Shown here in pieces: positions 37,280 to 46,497 of a stretch of 64,000 nt of DNA (position 1 is the first letter of the stretch; each line of letters starts with the position of its first letter). The notes below the pieces were generated by a model. It made no database searches, was not told where the DNA came from, and saw only the letters and a program-made list of their open reading frames with translations. The stretch is taken from sequence record OZ240615.1; one strand, given 5' to 3'. The position numbers were made by a program, and so were the translations under genes.

Positions 37280-37951
37280 TTATTTATCCAGCGTTGTATC
37301 AAGGTGAGCCGTGCGGAGTAAGGTTGCAAAGTTCTTAGTGGCAGTGACGCCCGTTCCCCACTCTTTAGCGTTTTGGACGGTCCCTTCTCCAGTTAAGGAG
37401 ATATCTGATTCCAACTTCTGGTTGGCCGCCTCATCCCCGCCACGCACGGAAATCAGTTCAATAATCCCGACGTCCATCTTCAGCGATTCAAGGTTACTTA
37501 GTTCCGGGAAAGAAATACGTGAACCCTTCGAAGGCCCGGTAACCTGTCCCGTCAGATCGTCAACATGGGTGTTGTCATCGGGGATACTCTGTTTGTCTTC
37601 GATCATCTGTTGGAGTCGAATTACCCCTTCGCGGATCACCATATATCGCACAGGGGTAGTGAAGATTTTCTTCGTTTCGGGATCTTCCATTTCTAGATGA
37701 TGCCAGAACTGTACGCCCCAGCGCTCAGCGACTGCTTTAAGGTGAGCGTTATCGTAAACTGGAGAGGTAAGGTTAGGTAACGTGGCCGATATCATCGGGC
37801 GACCTTCCCGAATCCCTTCCATGATTTTATCGAACTCGGTATCGGATAACGACTCTAAGTCTTTAGCTAACTGCGTGGCGTTTCCGGATCCGGGAAAGAG
37901 TTCTTCCATCAACCTTACGCCAATTGCGGTGGCTGCGGCGCGGTTTTTCAT
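37280..37951 (-). CDS. Virion RNA polymerase beta subunit, C-terminal part (phiKZ gp149 type)
   Basis: HVDDLTGQVTGPSKGSRISFPE corresponds to beta Y..VTQQP..GK...GGQRFGEME. ELISVRGGD is also present. Start ATG37951 follows AAGGAGGG. Confidence 0.85.
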   Translation of the reverse strand: MKNRAAATAIGVRLMEELFPGSGNATQLAKDLESLSDTEFDKIMEGIREGRPMISATLPNLTSPVYDNAHLKAVAERWGVQFWHHLEMEDPETKKIFTTPVRYMVIREGVIRLQQMIEDKQSIPDDNTHVDDLTGQVTGPSKGSRISFPELSNLESLKMDVGIIELISVRGGDEAANQKLESDISLTGEGTVQNAKEWGTGVTATKNFATLLRTAHLDTTLDK

Positions 37952-38327
37952 TTTTCCCTCCTTTAGGGATAGTAACACTACGATAAGAGACGTGGTATTC
38001 AGCAATGCGGCGAACCACATCACCGGTCCCTTTTGATTCTCCATCCCAGAACGTAACACAATGGGTGGCTGCTGCCATCATTTCAGCATTACGGATGAAG
38101 CCGGCGCTTTTCCCTTTATTATCCCAATCCGCTGGAAAGGTCAGACAAGGTATACCTCGACGGAGCGCATAAAGAAATGCTAAATAGTTGCACCCTGCGT
38201 CACCGCCTTCCAAAATAACAACCTCGTCGCGAGGGAAACGCGCAATCAGTTTATCCATATGCCGAGCAAAGAGAAAGTAATTACGGTAATGGCGGCAGCC
38301 GGAAACCATGACCTTAAACCTGGCCAT
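37863..38327 (-). CDS. SLOG-superfamily protein (YspA/DUF2493-like)
   Basis: KVMVSGCR, ILEGGDAGCN, FPADWD..GKSAGFIRNAEM and FWDGESKGT. Confidence 0.85.
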   Translation of the reverse strand: MARFKVMVSGCRHYRNYFLFARHMDKLIARFPRDEVVILEGGDAGCNYLAFLYALRRGIPCLTFPADWDNKGKSAGFIRNAEMMAAATHCVTFWDGESKGTGDVVRRIAEYHVSYRSVTIPKGGKNEKPRRSHRNWRKVDGRTLSRIRKRHAVS

Positions 38328-38614
38328 TATTTACCCCAACGAAAAATAATGTCCGGTAGTACGTTCTCGCCAAAATCGGACAACCACGCATCAATGCCGT
38401 TTTCGGTAGATACGCGGATAGCATTGCGCGACGCTTTAGGGGAAATAGCTTTCAGCTCCTTTTCCCAGAATTCGTTAATTTCCTGCATCTCAACCCGATT
38501 ACTGGAGCGTACTCGCTCTTCGTGCTCAAACTTGTTAGTAAACAAATTCGCCACGCCGTGCGAGTACTGCGACAGTAACATGGTCATGTGGAAACGTGCT
38601 TCTTGTCGTACCAT
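38327..38614 (-). CDS. Hypothetical protein, 95 aa
   Basis: GAGG RBS. Its stop overlaps the SLOG start. Confidence 0.7.
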   Translation of the reverse strand: MVRQEARFHMTMLLSQYSHGVANLFTNKFEHEERVRSSNRVEMQEINEFWEKELKAISPKASRNAIRVSTENGIDAWLSDFGENVLPDIIFRWGK

Positions 38615-38632
38615 GTTACACCTCTACACTGT

Positions 38633-40048
38633 TTACTGTTTCCAGTAAGGTTTATATTTCCCGGTGGCCATTCGAATTAAGTCGTAGCTGCTCAGGAAAT
38701 GTTTCTCTTCTTTGATCTCTTTAAACTGCCAGTGACCACGAGTTTCACCCAACAGTTCGTCCCAGTCATAACCCTGTTCTTTGATTTTCTCAAAGATCTC
38801 TGGCGGGGTCATTGCGTGACCTTCCAACTTCCACATGAAGTTACGAATTTGACAAAGTCCAGAGGTCAGCTCCAACGCGCGGCGAAGTTTATAATCTTCA
38901 TCGATTTTGTCACGGACCGCGTTACGAGTAAATGAAACTTCTGGGTAAATAGAGAGACTGAGGTTGGTGTTGTTGCTTCCCATCCCGTAATATTTGTTAG
39001 TTTCGCGCAGATAATGCAATTGGGTCAGGTGGACCAATAACCCCTCTGCCTGGGAGAAGATCAGCTCAAAAGGCGCGCCGGATTGACCGTACTTCCCACG
39101 CAGGTTCATACAGCGAACACGAACGAGGTCTTTGTCTTCTTTGGTGCCCATTTCCCCACGCCCGTATAATGGCAGGCGGGCGCCGTCGGTTAATGGTGAA
39201 CGTCCGTGGACAAACCACATGTTGTTCGGAATGAAAGTGAACTTTTCAGTGGCGTTCTTGATGGTTTTACCCGATTGGAGATCGGCCATGATTTTGTGCG
39301 GCGGCGCATTGGGATCCATGTTCGCTTTTGCACCAATGTGTGCTGTCAACATGGAGTAGAAAGAATGACGTCCATTCAGACCCGGCATCTGCATCATGAT
39401 CTGGGTTTTATATCGCCCGTCGTTCATGAAGATCATGTTGTTGTCTTTCGAACCGATTTCGTTATCGCCAAATTTCTCTTCGATGGCATCGAATGACATC
39501 ATTGACCAGGAATCAATCTCCTCCATTGTTGGCGGGTACATCTTGATCAGCTGGCCGTTATGATTCGGGAACGGGGTGGTAAGTTGCGGGAGTTTTGTCT
39601 TCTTATCGATCTTCATCTCGCCGTATTTCTTTCGCACATCCCAGTAATCGTTCCCCGACATCTTTAGCATATTAGTGAAGAGGAATTTTTCATTCTCTTC
39701 TAACCCGTGCGCGGAGATGTTGGGCATACGAGTAGCGCGATACCCTAGACCTTCGATATCTTTAGAGCCTTCAGTTTCGTAATAGAAACTGTTAGCTGCA
39801 TCGTAATAGAGTTCCTGGGACTGTAGCATGAAGAAATCAGCCAGGGTTGATTTAAACTGGTTGTTTTCACCGACGACGGCGTTGATATTAGCAACCCCGC
39901 CATTCAAATACATTTCACCTGCTTCGCCCTGAACGTAACGTCCTGAGAAATGATCAAACAAACAATTTGTATTTAACTTCGGAGTAGAAGCGTCGGCTTT
40001 TTTATCGTCGCTCATAACACCAGCCGGGCTCAATGAAAATCCACTCAT
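38633..40048 (-). CDS. uvsX: RecA/UvsX-like recombinase (phiKZ gp152 type), 471 aa
   Basis: Walker A VGENNQFKST, YYETEGS, Walker B EEIDSWS and MLTAHIG. Confidence 0.85.
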   Translation of the reverse strand: MSGFSLSPAGVMSDDKKADASTPKLNTNCLFDHFSGRYVQGEAGEMYLNGGVANINAVVGENNQFKSTLADFFMLQSQELYYDAANSFYYETEGSKDIEGLGYRATRMPNISAHGLEENEKFLFTNMLKMSGNDYWDVRKKYGEMKIDKKTKLPQLTTPFPNHNGQLIKMYPPTMEEIDSWSMMSFDAIEEKFGDNEIGSKDNNMIFMNDGRYKTQIMMQMPGLNGRHSFYSMLTAHIGAKANMDPNAPPHKIMADLQSGKTIKNATEKFTFIPNNMWFVHGRSPLTDGARLPLYGRGEMGTKEDKDLVRVRCMNLRGKYGQSGAPFELIFSQAEGLLVHLTQLHYLRETNKYYGMGSNNTNLSLSIYPEVSFTRNAVRDKIDEDYKLRRALELTSGLCQIRNFMWKLEGHAMTPPEIFEKIKEQGYDWDELLGETRGHWQFKEIKEEKHFLSSYDLIRMATGKYKPYWKQ

Positions 40049-40156
40049 CGTTGATCCTTGTTTCTGAATTAGGAATTGTCTTCATTACAATTAGGAGAGG
40101 TATTTAATTTTATGTTAAACCCTTCTACATTACACTGAGTACATAAGGTACAGATT

Positions 40157-41029
40157 ATGCCATTATCACTTGATTACCTGGCCGCCGAAAAAGACGCAAT
40201 CATTGCGATGACAAAGGAGACGCCGGTTTATTCTCAACCCAGTAATGAAGCGTTAGCTATCCAAAGAGCGGCAATGGCTGTCGTTGATAGATTTTCTGCT
40301 TTCTTAGGGAAAGTCTCTGCGCGCTTTAACAGCCCAATCGATGAACTGAAAGATTTTAAAACTTCGCCGGTAAAACAGAGTCGTGAATATGACCTTTTAG
40401 AAAAGGCACTTAGCGATACGCCTTATACGGAACTGATGGCGCTGCGCGTCCAAGTTATCCCCGGTCTTTCCACTACCTGGCTTGAACTCCTCGACGCATG
40501 GAAAACCCCAGTTAAGTTCTCCGTTGATTTTTTTGACGATTACCTGAATCCGTTCGAGAAATTCCTGTCAGTTGCTATCACCAGCCCAGAAAAATTCACT
40601 ACTGTAGGTTCCGTTAACCGAATCGGTCAGTTGGATATCGATTCGTACATCGACGCACTGACTACCGGACTGAAGGGAAACAGCAAGACTAACTTGCGCG
40701 CTTACAGCGAATGTGCCGAGCGTAACCGCGATACTCTCGTTGCGTATAGCAAAACGCAAAAGATGGCGCTGGCTTTACACAAAGGTAATCTCGACCTTGT
40801 AAAAGGTTCGGTAGATCGGTGTGCGGATTTGTTAGCGACCCTGTCCAAACAAATCAAGGACAGTAACCTCCCTTACCGTCTGAATGCCAAAACTATCAAT
40901 GATCTCACTGAAGCTGTTTTCCAGATGGCGAAAATGGCAGAACTGTACGCTGCGACATTCACCTATGTCGAGTCGCAGAAAGTGGCGATGGAAGAAACGG
41001 CGAAAAAGCTGATCGAAACAACGAAATAA
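40157..41029 (+). CDS. Probable inner-head virion protein with a short propeptide, 290 aa
   Basis: AAGG RBS, TATG at 40111, helical composition and an N-terminal PSNE|AL candidate cleavage site. Confidence 0.6.
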   Translation: MPLSLDYLAAEKDAIIAMTKETPVYSQPSNEALAIQRAAMAVVDRFSAFLGKVSARFNSPIDELKDFKTSPVKQSREYDLLEKALSDTPYTELMALRVQVIPGLSTTWLELLDAWKTPVKFSVDFFDDYLNPFEKFLSVAITSPEKFTTVGSVNRIGQLDIDSYIDALTTGLKGNSKTNLRAYSECAERNRDTLVAYSKTQKMALALHKGNLDLVKGSVDRCADLLATLSKQIKDSNLPYRLNAKTINDLTEAVFQMAKMAELYAATFTYVESQKVAMEETAKKLIETTK

Positions 41030-41034
41030 ACCAT

Positions 41035-41073
41035 AAGAGAATGAGAGAGGTTTCCCTCTCTCATTCTCTCTTT
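41035..41073. terminator. Bidirectional terminator
   Basis: AGAGAATGAGAGAGG-TTTC-CCTCTCTCATTCTCT. Confidence 0.9.
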
Positions 41074-41449
41074 ATGGTGCAACCGATAACGTGTGTAAAT
41101 TGACAATCTGTTTTAACTCTTGACGCAGTATGAAACTGCTGTCTTCCACACCGTCCTTTAGCCAGTGCGGAATCATCTCTTCAAAGTAATTGGCAACCTT
41201 TTCGCTGGGCAGTTTACGAATGATCTCGCATTGCTCATCGTTCCACAAGATTTCAGGGAGAATAGTACCTAACAATAATCCCCGAGAATCCTGCGCCAAA
41301 TTAAGTCGCCGATTCATCGTGCACGCCAATCTCTGACATCCTCCAGATCGCCCGGAAAGCAACGTGTAGAATGACCCTAAGATCAGCAAACGTCTGCCCT
41401 TAGGCGTGAAGAGTTTTGGCCCTAAGGCCGCTAAGAGTAGTTTGATCAT
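41072..41449 (-). CDS. Hypothetical protein, 125 aa
   Basis: Its ATG overlaps the RNase H stop. Confidence 0.7.
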   Translation of the reverse strand: MIKLLLAALGPKLFTPKGRRLLILGSFYTLLSGRSGGCQRLACTMNRRLNLAQDSRGLLLGTILPEILWNDEQCEIIRKLPSEKVANYFEEMIPHWLKDGVEDSSFILRQELKQIVNLHTLSVAP

Positions 41450-43065
41450 AGTTTACCCGTGATCTCAAAGAGGTTTGAGTTAAGTGATGCGGTAAACAAC
41501 GTGTCCCCTTCTACTTCCAATAATGTAGCATATCGGAAGGCACGTGTCCCATCAGGCCAGGTGATAACACGCAATCTGAGATCTTCTGATGCCAGTGCGT
41601 TGATGGTGTTTCGAAGCGGGATATCCTGCCCCAACTTTAATTTTACTTTAACATTGCCTTCAGTGCCGTTAGCCAGTTTATAGTTGACCGGAACAGTGAT
41701 GGCTTTATTAGGCGGATCCATTGCCTCGGTAGGTTTAGTGACCGGTTTCTTTTTCCCTTCCTGGGTAGTCTGTACACAGTGTTCGGTGATATCGGTGATG
41801 ACCGAATTTCCTTTACCTGTAAACGCATACCCTAGAATCGTCAATAGACTTTCAAAGCGGGTCAATAAACGGAAACCGAGAAACGTCGGGCGTAATTCTT
41901 CGATTAACGGTACTTTATCCGGCGAGCGAATAGTACTTTTTTCTGCGTCATCCCATAACACCGACTGTTTATCTTGTATTAAGCTGACATAACGATCTGC
42001 GTTGAGAATGTTTTCCAAATGCCCCAACGTCATGATTTGCGTGCCATCATAATACCGCCGTTTAAGAAAGTCCCCCAACAACTCTAATACTGGTTCTTTC
42101 TCTTTAGCGAACAAGATCGCAACTTTTGCTGTGGCGGTGGCTTTACCGATCATGTCCACTTCGGTGTCGTTCCCGTGGTTACCAAAGAAATAAACATGAC
42201 GAGGATCGTAATCAACTGAATAATGGGTTCGGTCAGTTAACGCATACCACCACCGCTGCTCGAGTAAACGATTACTCGTTTTACTGTTTTGCGTATACCC
42301 TTTCCGGTCAGAGACCAGATAGACTGTTTTCCCGGGTTCATCACGTTCAAGGATCATTCCACGGTTGGCGTTGTAATCCGCCCGTTCGTTTCCGGTAAAT
42401 CCGGAGTGACCCGGGATATAACCAAACAACATCCGAGATTGTCCTTCGGCGACCAGTTCATCGAAGAGCGTGGTAATCAAAACCCAAAGGTCTTTATTCT
42501 GTACCGGCTTACGTTCGGTCGTCAACCAACCATTACGTTCCCAGTTTCGCCGATTGATCAACAAACCTTCCAGTACGTATTTGGAATCAGCAAGGATACT
42601 GACTTCTTTTGGCTGGTATTTCTTGACAATCACCAGACTGTTCAACATTCCCATCAGTTCGGTAAAATTATTGCTGGTTTTATACTGACCACCGTAAGCG
42701 TCGATGAAATGCGTTGGATTTACGGGTTTAACATTTTTGTTGTCGTCAGCATGAGTAATCCAAAAATCCCGGTCGACCTGACCAGAGAAGGAAGGGTCTT
42801 TACCCGGAGGCAGCTCTACGTCCTTACAACGATGCTGGCGGCCATCGACGTAACCGATGTTTGTGAAAGCGCCTTTTGCTTTCTTAATTTTTGCTTCTTT
42901 CGAATCCGAGACCGGGAACATATAACCATGAATTCCCCAACCTGAAAGTAGCGTTTGTGTGTTACTTCCGCCATCGCAGTAAAGCACCAGACTAAAAGTG
43001 CCTTTCTCAGGGAATTCCCCTTCCCATGATTGTTCAATCGTCATTTCTCGAATGTCCTGTATCAA
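41446..43065 (-). CDS. rnhA: Ribonuclease HI with a long C-terminal extension (phiKZ gp155 type)
   Basis: LYCDGG, SNNFTEL, ILADSKYV, VQNKDLW and GHSGFTGNERAD, which supply the D-E-D-D acidic residues and the His loop. Confidence 0.9.
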   Translation of the reverse strand: MIQDIREMTIEQSWEGEFPEKGTFSLVLYCDGGSNTQTLLSGWGIHGYMFPVSDSKEAKIKKAKGAFTNIGYVDGRQHRCKDVELPPGKDPSFSGQVDRDFWITHADDNKNVKPVNPTHFIDAYGGQYKTSNNFTELMGMLNSLVIVKKYQPKEVSILADSKYVLEGLLINRRNWERNGWLTTERKPVQNKDLWVLITTLFDELVAEGQSRMLFGYIPGHSGFTGNERADYNANRGMILERDEPGKTVYLVSDRKGYTQNSKTSNRLLEQRWWYALTDRTHYSVDYDPRHVYFFGNHGNDTEVDMIGKATATAKVAILFAKEKEPVLELLGDFLKRRYYDGTQIMTLGHLENILNADRYVSLIQDKQSVLWDDAEKSTIRSPDKVPLIEELRPTFLGFRLLTRFESLLTILGYAFTGKGNSVITDITEHCVQTTQEGKKKPVTKPTEAMDPPNKAITVPVNYKLANGTEGNVKVKLKLGQDIPLRNTINALASEDLRLRVITWPDGTRAFRYATLLEVEGDTLFTASLNSNLFEITGKL

Positions 43066-43100
43066 AGTGAGTTCAGAAGAATAAACCCGCGCGTAAGAAA

Positions 43101-43529
43101 TCAGGGGTGCTTCCGCTGAAATTCCTCAATGATGTGATGAGTTTGGGCGTCGCAAGCGGTCGGGTGTTCAGTACAAACCCGTTGGAGCTCGGCGAGCTCC
43201 AACCGTGCATCGTTCTCCCAAGCAAACTTATCCATCGTGAGTTTATGGACATCGGTTTCGTAACGATCTCGACTGATCCCTACAGTACTAGGTTCTGCCT
43301 TTTTATCGGCCAGTTCCTTTAAGGTGATCTTGTGTATCCGGTAGAGTTCACGGTACTTCACAATACCTACTGTTGTAGTCAAACCAAGAGTAAAAATCAA
43401 AATCGTTATTATCGTACGGTAAAAATACCGCTTTCTTTTGGTCGGCGGTTCTCGTGTATTATCCAGCCGGTATTGTTCCCGGATGAAATAATACAAGTAC
43501 GGTAAAAAACGCAAGAAAAAGTAATTCAC
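43101..43529 (-). CDS. Single-pass membrane protein, 142 aa
   Basis: Hydrophobic segment TIITILIFTLGLTTTVGIV, preceded by basic KRKR. GGAGG RBS with a GTG start. Confidence 0.7.
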   Translation of the reverse strand: MNYFFLRFLPYLYYFIREQYRLDNTREPPTKRKRYFYRTIITILIFTLGLTTTVGIVKYRELYRIHKITLKELADKKAEPSTVGISRDRYETDVHKLTMDKFAWENDARLELAELQRVCTEHPTACDAQTHHIIEEFQRKHP

Positions 43530-43587
43530 GGCGGTACCTCCGCTAGCAGGTTCTTTCCTGTTTAATAATAGTTATGGAGTAGAAACA

Positions 43588-44889
43588 ATGTTGAATGCGT
43601 ATAGTTTTGTTACAATAAAAAACTTTATCAATAATGCGATTGGACAGACAGCAAAAGTAGGTGAGCTCACCACCTACGGTGAGACCTACAGTACGGACGT
43701 AGGAACTTATTCTGTACCTGACTATACAGACGTTATCTTGAAAACGCTCTCTGTGACTCGCGACGGTACCAAAACAGATTTAGGACTGACCTATTACACC
43801 CAAATCCTGGAAATCTCCCAGTGGCTTTATCAGCGCAGCATCAACGGTTTGATCACCGCCGATAGTGCTGCTTTATTACAGGCGTTAAACGCCCAGTTCA
43901 GTGACTTTGCTACCGTGAGTGAAGTTGGTAGTATTGTTAACAATGGCTCATATAATTTTCCTTCCAGCCTCCATTTGTCCTTTAGTAACGCTGGCGAGGC
44001 AAATGACCTGTATGTCTGGTACGCGATCGATAACTTTTTGGTGGAATACCCGCTCTACGAGCTGAGTGTTGTGATGCCGTTTGATGACATCGATATTCTG
44101 GTGGGTGATGCCGACACGGCTGTCAGTACGATTAACGCTATTACCCCGGTTAGCAATACCGCCAGGATCACTGCGGCCATTGCCCAGAATCCACAAACAG
44201 ATATCTGGACAGGTTATTTTACCTGGGTGGCGAAAGACAACGACGAAATCACAAAACAAATCCCGATTAACGTCGTCATCTACGGATCCGCAGGGAAAAA
44301 CCTCGATTACATCAAAGACGCTATTCGAGACCATATTCTGGGGAACAGTGCTTCGGGTACGGACGTTTGGGAAATCGTCCTTCCTGACCTGTTCACGCCA
44401 ACAGAATATTACGTGGTTCCGGTATGGGATCGGATCTCACTGCCTAATCAGCTGGACAGTACGGCACTCTATTCTCCGGTCTTACCGTATAAAGACTTCC
44501 TGACTTACACCGATAAGTACATGGCGGATTATGAACAGAGTCACGTCATCAATGCCGGTGAGATCGTCTTCAGTGTTTATCAGAACCTACAGTTACTGGT
44601 GTGCGGTCATGTACGAAACTATAATGTCTCGTATATCTTCTCTGACCTTTGGCCTCGTTACGCGGCAATTCCTACGACCAGTTCTGAATTTGGTAAAATT
44701 CCCGAAGCGACCCGCAACTTTATTATTTCACTGATTGCCCTGCTGAAAACAGCGGAAACGGCGACCGGGACGTCAATTCTTCCTACCGGCTACACCCGAG
44801 CTAATCGTAACGGTACGTACTACATCACCATGACGGTTGACACGGTACAATACCTTGTTCCTATCAAATCGGGTTTCAGTAAGGACTAA
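43588..44889 (+). CDS. Virion structural protein, 433 aa
   Basis: GGAG RBS with TATG at 43573. Synteny matches the phiKZ-like structural pair. Confidence 0.65.
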   Translation: MLNAYSFVTIKNFINNAIGQTAKVGELTTYGETYSTDVGTYSVPDYTDVILKTLSVTRDGTKTDLGLTYYTQILEISQWLYQRSINGLITADSAALLQALNAQFSDFATVSEVGSIVNNGSYNFPSSLHLSFSNAGEANDLYVWYAIDNFLVEYPLYELSVVMPFDDIDILVGDADTAVSTINAITPVSNTARITAAIAQNPQTDIWTGYFTWVAKDNDEITKQIPINVVIYGSAGKNLDYIKDAIRDHILGNSASGTDVWEIVLPDLFTPTEYYVVPVWDRISLPNQLDSTALYSPVLPYKDFLTYTDKYMADYEQSHVINAGEIVFSVYQNLQLLVCGHVRNYNVSYIFSDLWPRYAAIPTTSSEFGKIPEATRNFIISLIALLKTAETATGTSILPTGYTRANRNGTYYITMTVDTVQYLVPIKSGFSKD

Positions 44890-44891
44890 AG

Positions 44892-45494
44892 ATGGCCAGA
44901 ACACGTAATACTCCGGCACTCGGGTTAAAAGGTAGGTGGTCGCTTACCCAACCGTGGAGCGCCAATCAAACCTTAATTTATCAATGCACCGCAATCCGTT
45001 TCTTCACTGAGATGGTGGCGGAAGGAATTGATATTTTTACGGTCTACTACGAACCAAAAGGTTTAAGTCAATCGGATTACAACGCGGACTTGGCGGCCGG
45101 TGCCGCGATGTGCGTTCTCTATTCGTCGTCGGGTAGCGTTATTACGGTCCCTGATACGTACATCGAGAGTTTCCCAGGAATTGGAATGTCCAACTGGGGA
45201 CAGGTGATCCTTTCGGCTTCTTTGGGTCCGATGCGTTTAGACCTCGACCTGACATTCTTAAAAGAGCAAACCGGGAATCTGATTTCCAACACGATCGGGG
45301 TGGTTCCAGAAATCTACATCGATCAGCTCTCCACGGTAGAAGCGATTAGCAACACTGATGCAGACGCAATCGAGGCGGCAAGATTGTCCGCGATCACAAA
45401 CCGGACAAGTACGTATGCGGAAAATCTGGCACTCAAAAAAGAGAACGCTAATCTTCGCTTGCAAATCCAAGCGCTGATTGCTGCGCGATCGTAA
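44892..45494 (+). CDS. Virion structural protein, 200 aa, with C-terminal coiled coil
   Basis: AAGGA RBS, coupled to the upstream gene. Ends ...LKKENANLRLQIQAL. Confidence 0.65.
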   Translation: MARTRNTPALGLKGRWSLTQPWSANQTLIYQCTAIRFFTEMVAEGIDIFTVYYEPKGLSQSDYNADLAAGAAMCVLYSSSGSVITVPDTYIESFPGIGMSNWGQVILSASLGPMRLDLDLTFLKEQTGNLISNTIGVVPEIYIDQLSTVEAISNTDADAIEAARLSAITNRTSTYAENLALKKENANLRLQIQALIAARS

Positions 45495-45516
45495 AAAAAA
45501 AGAAAGACAACAAGTA

Positions 45517-45548
45517 CTCCCCTTCTCCGCTAAAGCGGAGAAGGGGAG
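45517..45548. terminator. Hairpin at a convergent junction (pyrimidine arm first)
   Basis: CTCCCCTTCTCCGC-TAAA-GCGGAGAAGGGGAG. Confidence 0.7.
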
Positions 45549-45567
45549 CGTGTGTCTTTATCGCCGA

Positions 45568-45819
45568 TTATTCAGCAGCAGCGGGTTCTTTATCTTCCGC
45601 ATACAGCGCAGTGAGGACTTCGGCTGCCGGGTAAAACTCTTCTTCGGTCCAGCCGTCATCACCGGCTTTGGCAGCGAGAACATTTTTCCCTTCGTCCAGG
45701 GAGGATTTGATCCAGCACAGAGAATCGACGGCCATATCGATCACGGTTTCGGCCGATACGTTGTCGGTAGTCAGAGAATTGATTTTTTCAGCGGTAGTTT
45801 CGTTCAGCGTTACTTTCAT
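45568..45819 (-). CDS. Small acidic hypothetical protein, 83 aa
   Basis: CAGGA RBS and strongly biased codon usage. Confidence 0.75.
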   Translation of the reverse strand: MKVTLNETTAEKINSLTTDNVSAETVIDMAVDSLCWIKSSLDEGKNVLAAKAGDDGWTEEEFYPAAEVLTALYAEDKEPAAAE

Positions 45820-45926
45820 GGTAGTTTCCTGTTTAATAAGTTAACGTGTTAATAGTCACATGTGTTTCACGGTTTGTTCAAAAGATAACCGAGTGGTTTA
45901 AAACTTGAAATTGACGGATGGGATAA

Positions 45927-46172
45927 TTAGCAGAAGGGTTTTAGCCCGGAGAAACTGTTTGCCTGCATTTTAAGGGCGGCGATTTCTTTTTCCAATTCCA
46001 TCTCCGCATGGGTAGTTTGCACTTTCCTTCTAACCATCACGTAATCATTGTCCTTGATCACGAGACTGGCGCGAGTGACTGTGATAATATCCTCTGGTTT
46101 CCGGTTCTCCCGTAAAAGTTGCAGTTCTTTCTTTAGCACTTGACGCTTCTTGATGATTTCTACGAAGTCCAT
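45927..46172 (-). CDS. Hypothetical protein, 81 aa
   Basis: GGGGG RBS. Starts 1 nt after the upstream stop. Confidence 0.7.
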   Translation of the reverse strand: MDFVEIIKKRQVLKKELQLLRENRKPEDIITVTRASLVIKDNDYVMVRRKVQTTHAEMELEKEIAALKMQANSFSGLKPFC

Positions 46173-46173
46173 T

Positions 46174-46497
46174 TTACCCCCGAGTATTGGTTTCTTCCAA
46201 CCCGCTCAGAACGGTCTCCAGATCATCCAGGAACAACGTTTCATTTCCGATATAGATCGGGAAGCTGGGTTCTACTTCGACCTTCTCAACGAGTTTGGCG
46301 AGCTCTGGCATGATCATCGGCGTATAGCCGAGAAACTTCACTACTTTTTTCGCACCGAGAGTCTGAACGGTTTGTTCGTAGCTCCTTACTTCAGCACGAA
46401 CGGCCTGAATATAAGGTTTGTTTTCTGCGCTCAGCTCGTCACGAAGGGCCGAAAGCGCAGTGATAATTTTCCCGGCCTCAGAATCACTAAAACGCAT
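46174..46497 (-). CDS. Hypothetical protein, 107 aa
   Basis: The likely start is ATG46497 (MRFSDSEAGK) after AAGGGA. Confidence 0.7.
   Translation of the reverse strand: MRFSDSEAGKIITALSALRDELSAENKPYIQAVRAEVRSYEQTVQTLGAKKVVKFLGYTPMIMPELAKLVEKVEVEPSFPIYIGNETLFLDDLETVLSGLEETNTRG

Noticed and set aside
37952-38059. ORF-track N-terminal extensions (also 8567-8611, 9004-9024, 46498-46584, 54951-55015)
   Set aside because: Internal ATGs have better RBSs and avoid long overlaps, so I adjusted the starts.
7961-41076. TATG next to hairpins at 7964-7961 (-), 41035-41032 (-), 41073-41076 (+) and 32693-32696 (+)
   Set aside because: They point antisense into genes, and two arise from CA-TAA stop contexts. 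They are not called as promoters and are kept as a caveat on the TATG finding.
42289-42945. 218-aa plus-strand ORF
   Set aside because: Antisense shadow of the RNase H gene.
9023-45501. A9-A10 homopolymer runs (near 9023, 32227, 34058, 45493) as phase-variation switches
   Set aside because: All are intergenic and near terminators or gene ends. None lies in a supported coding frame.
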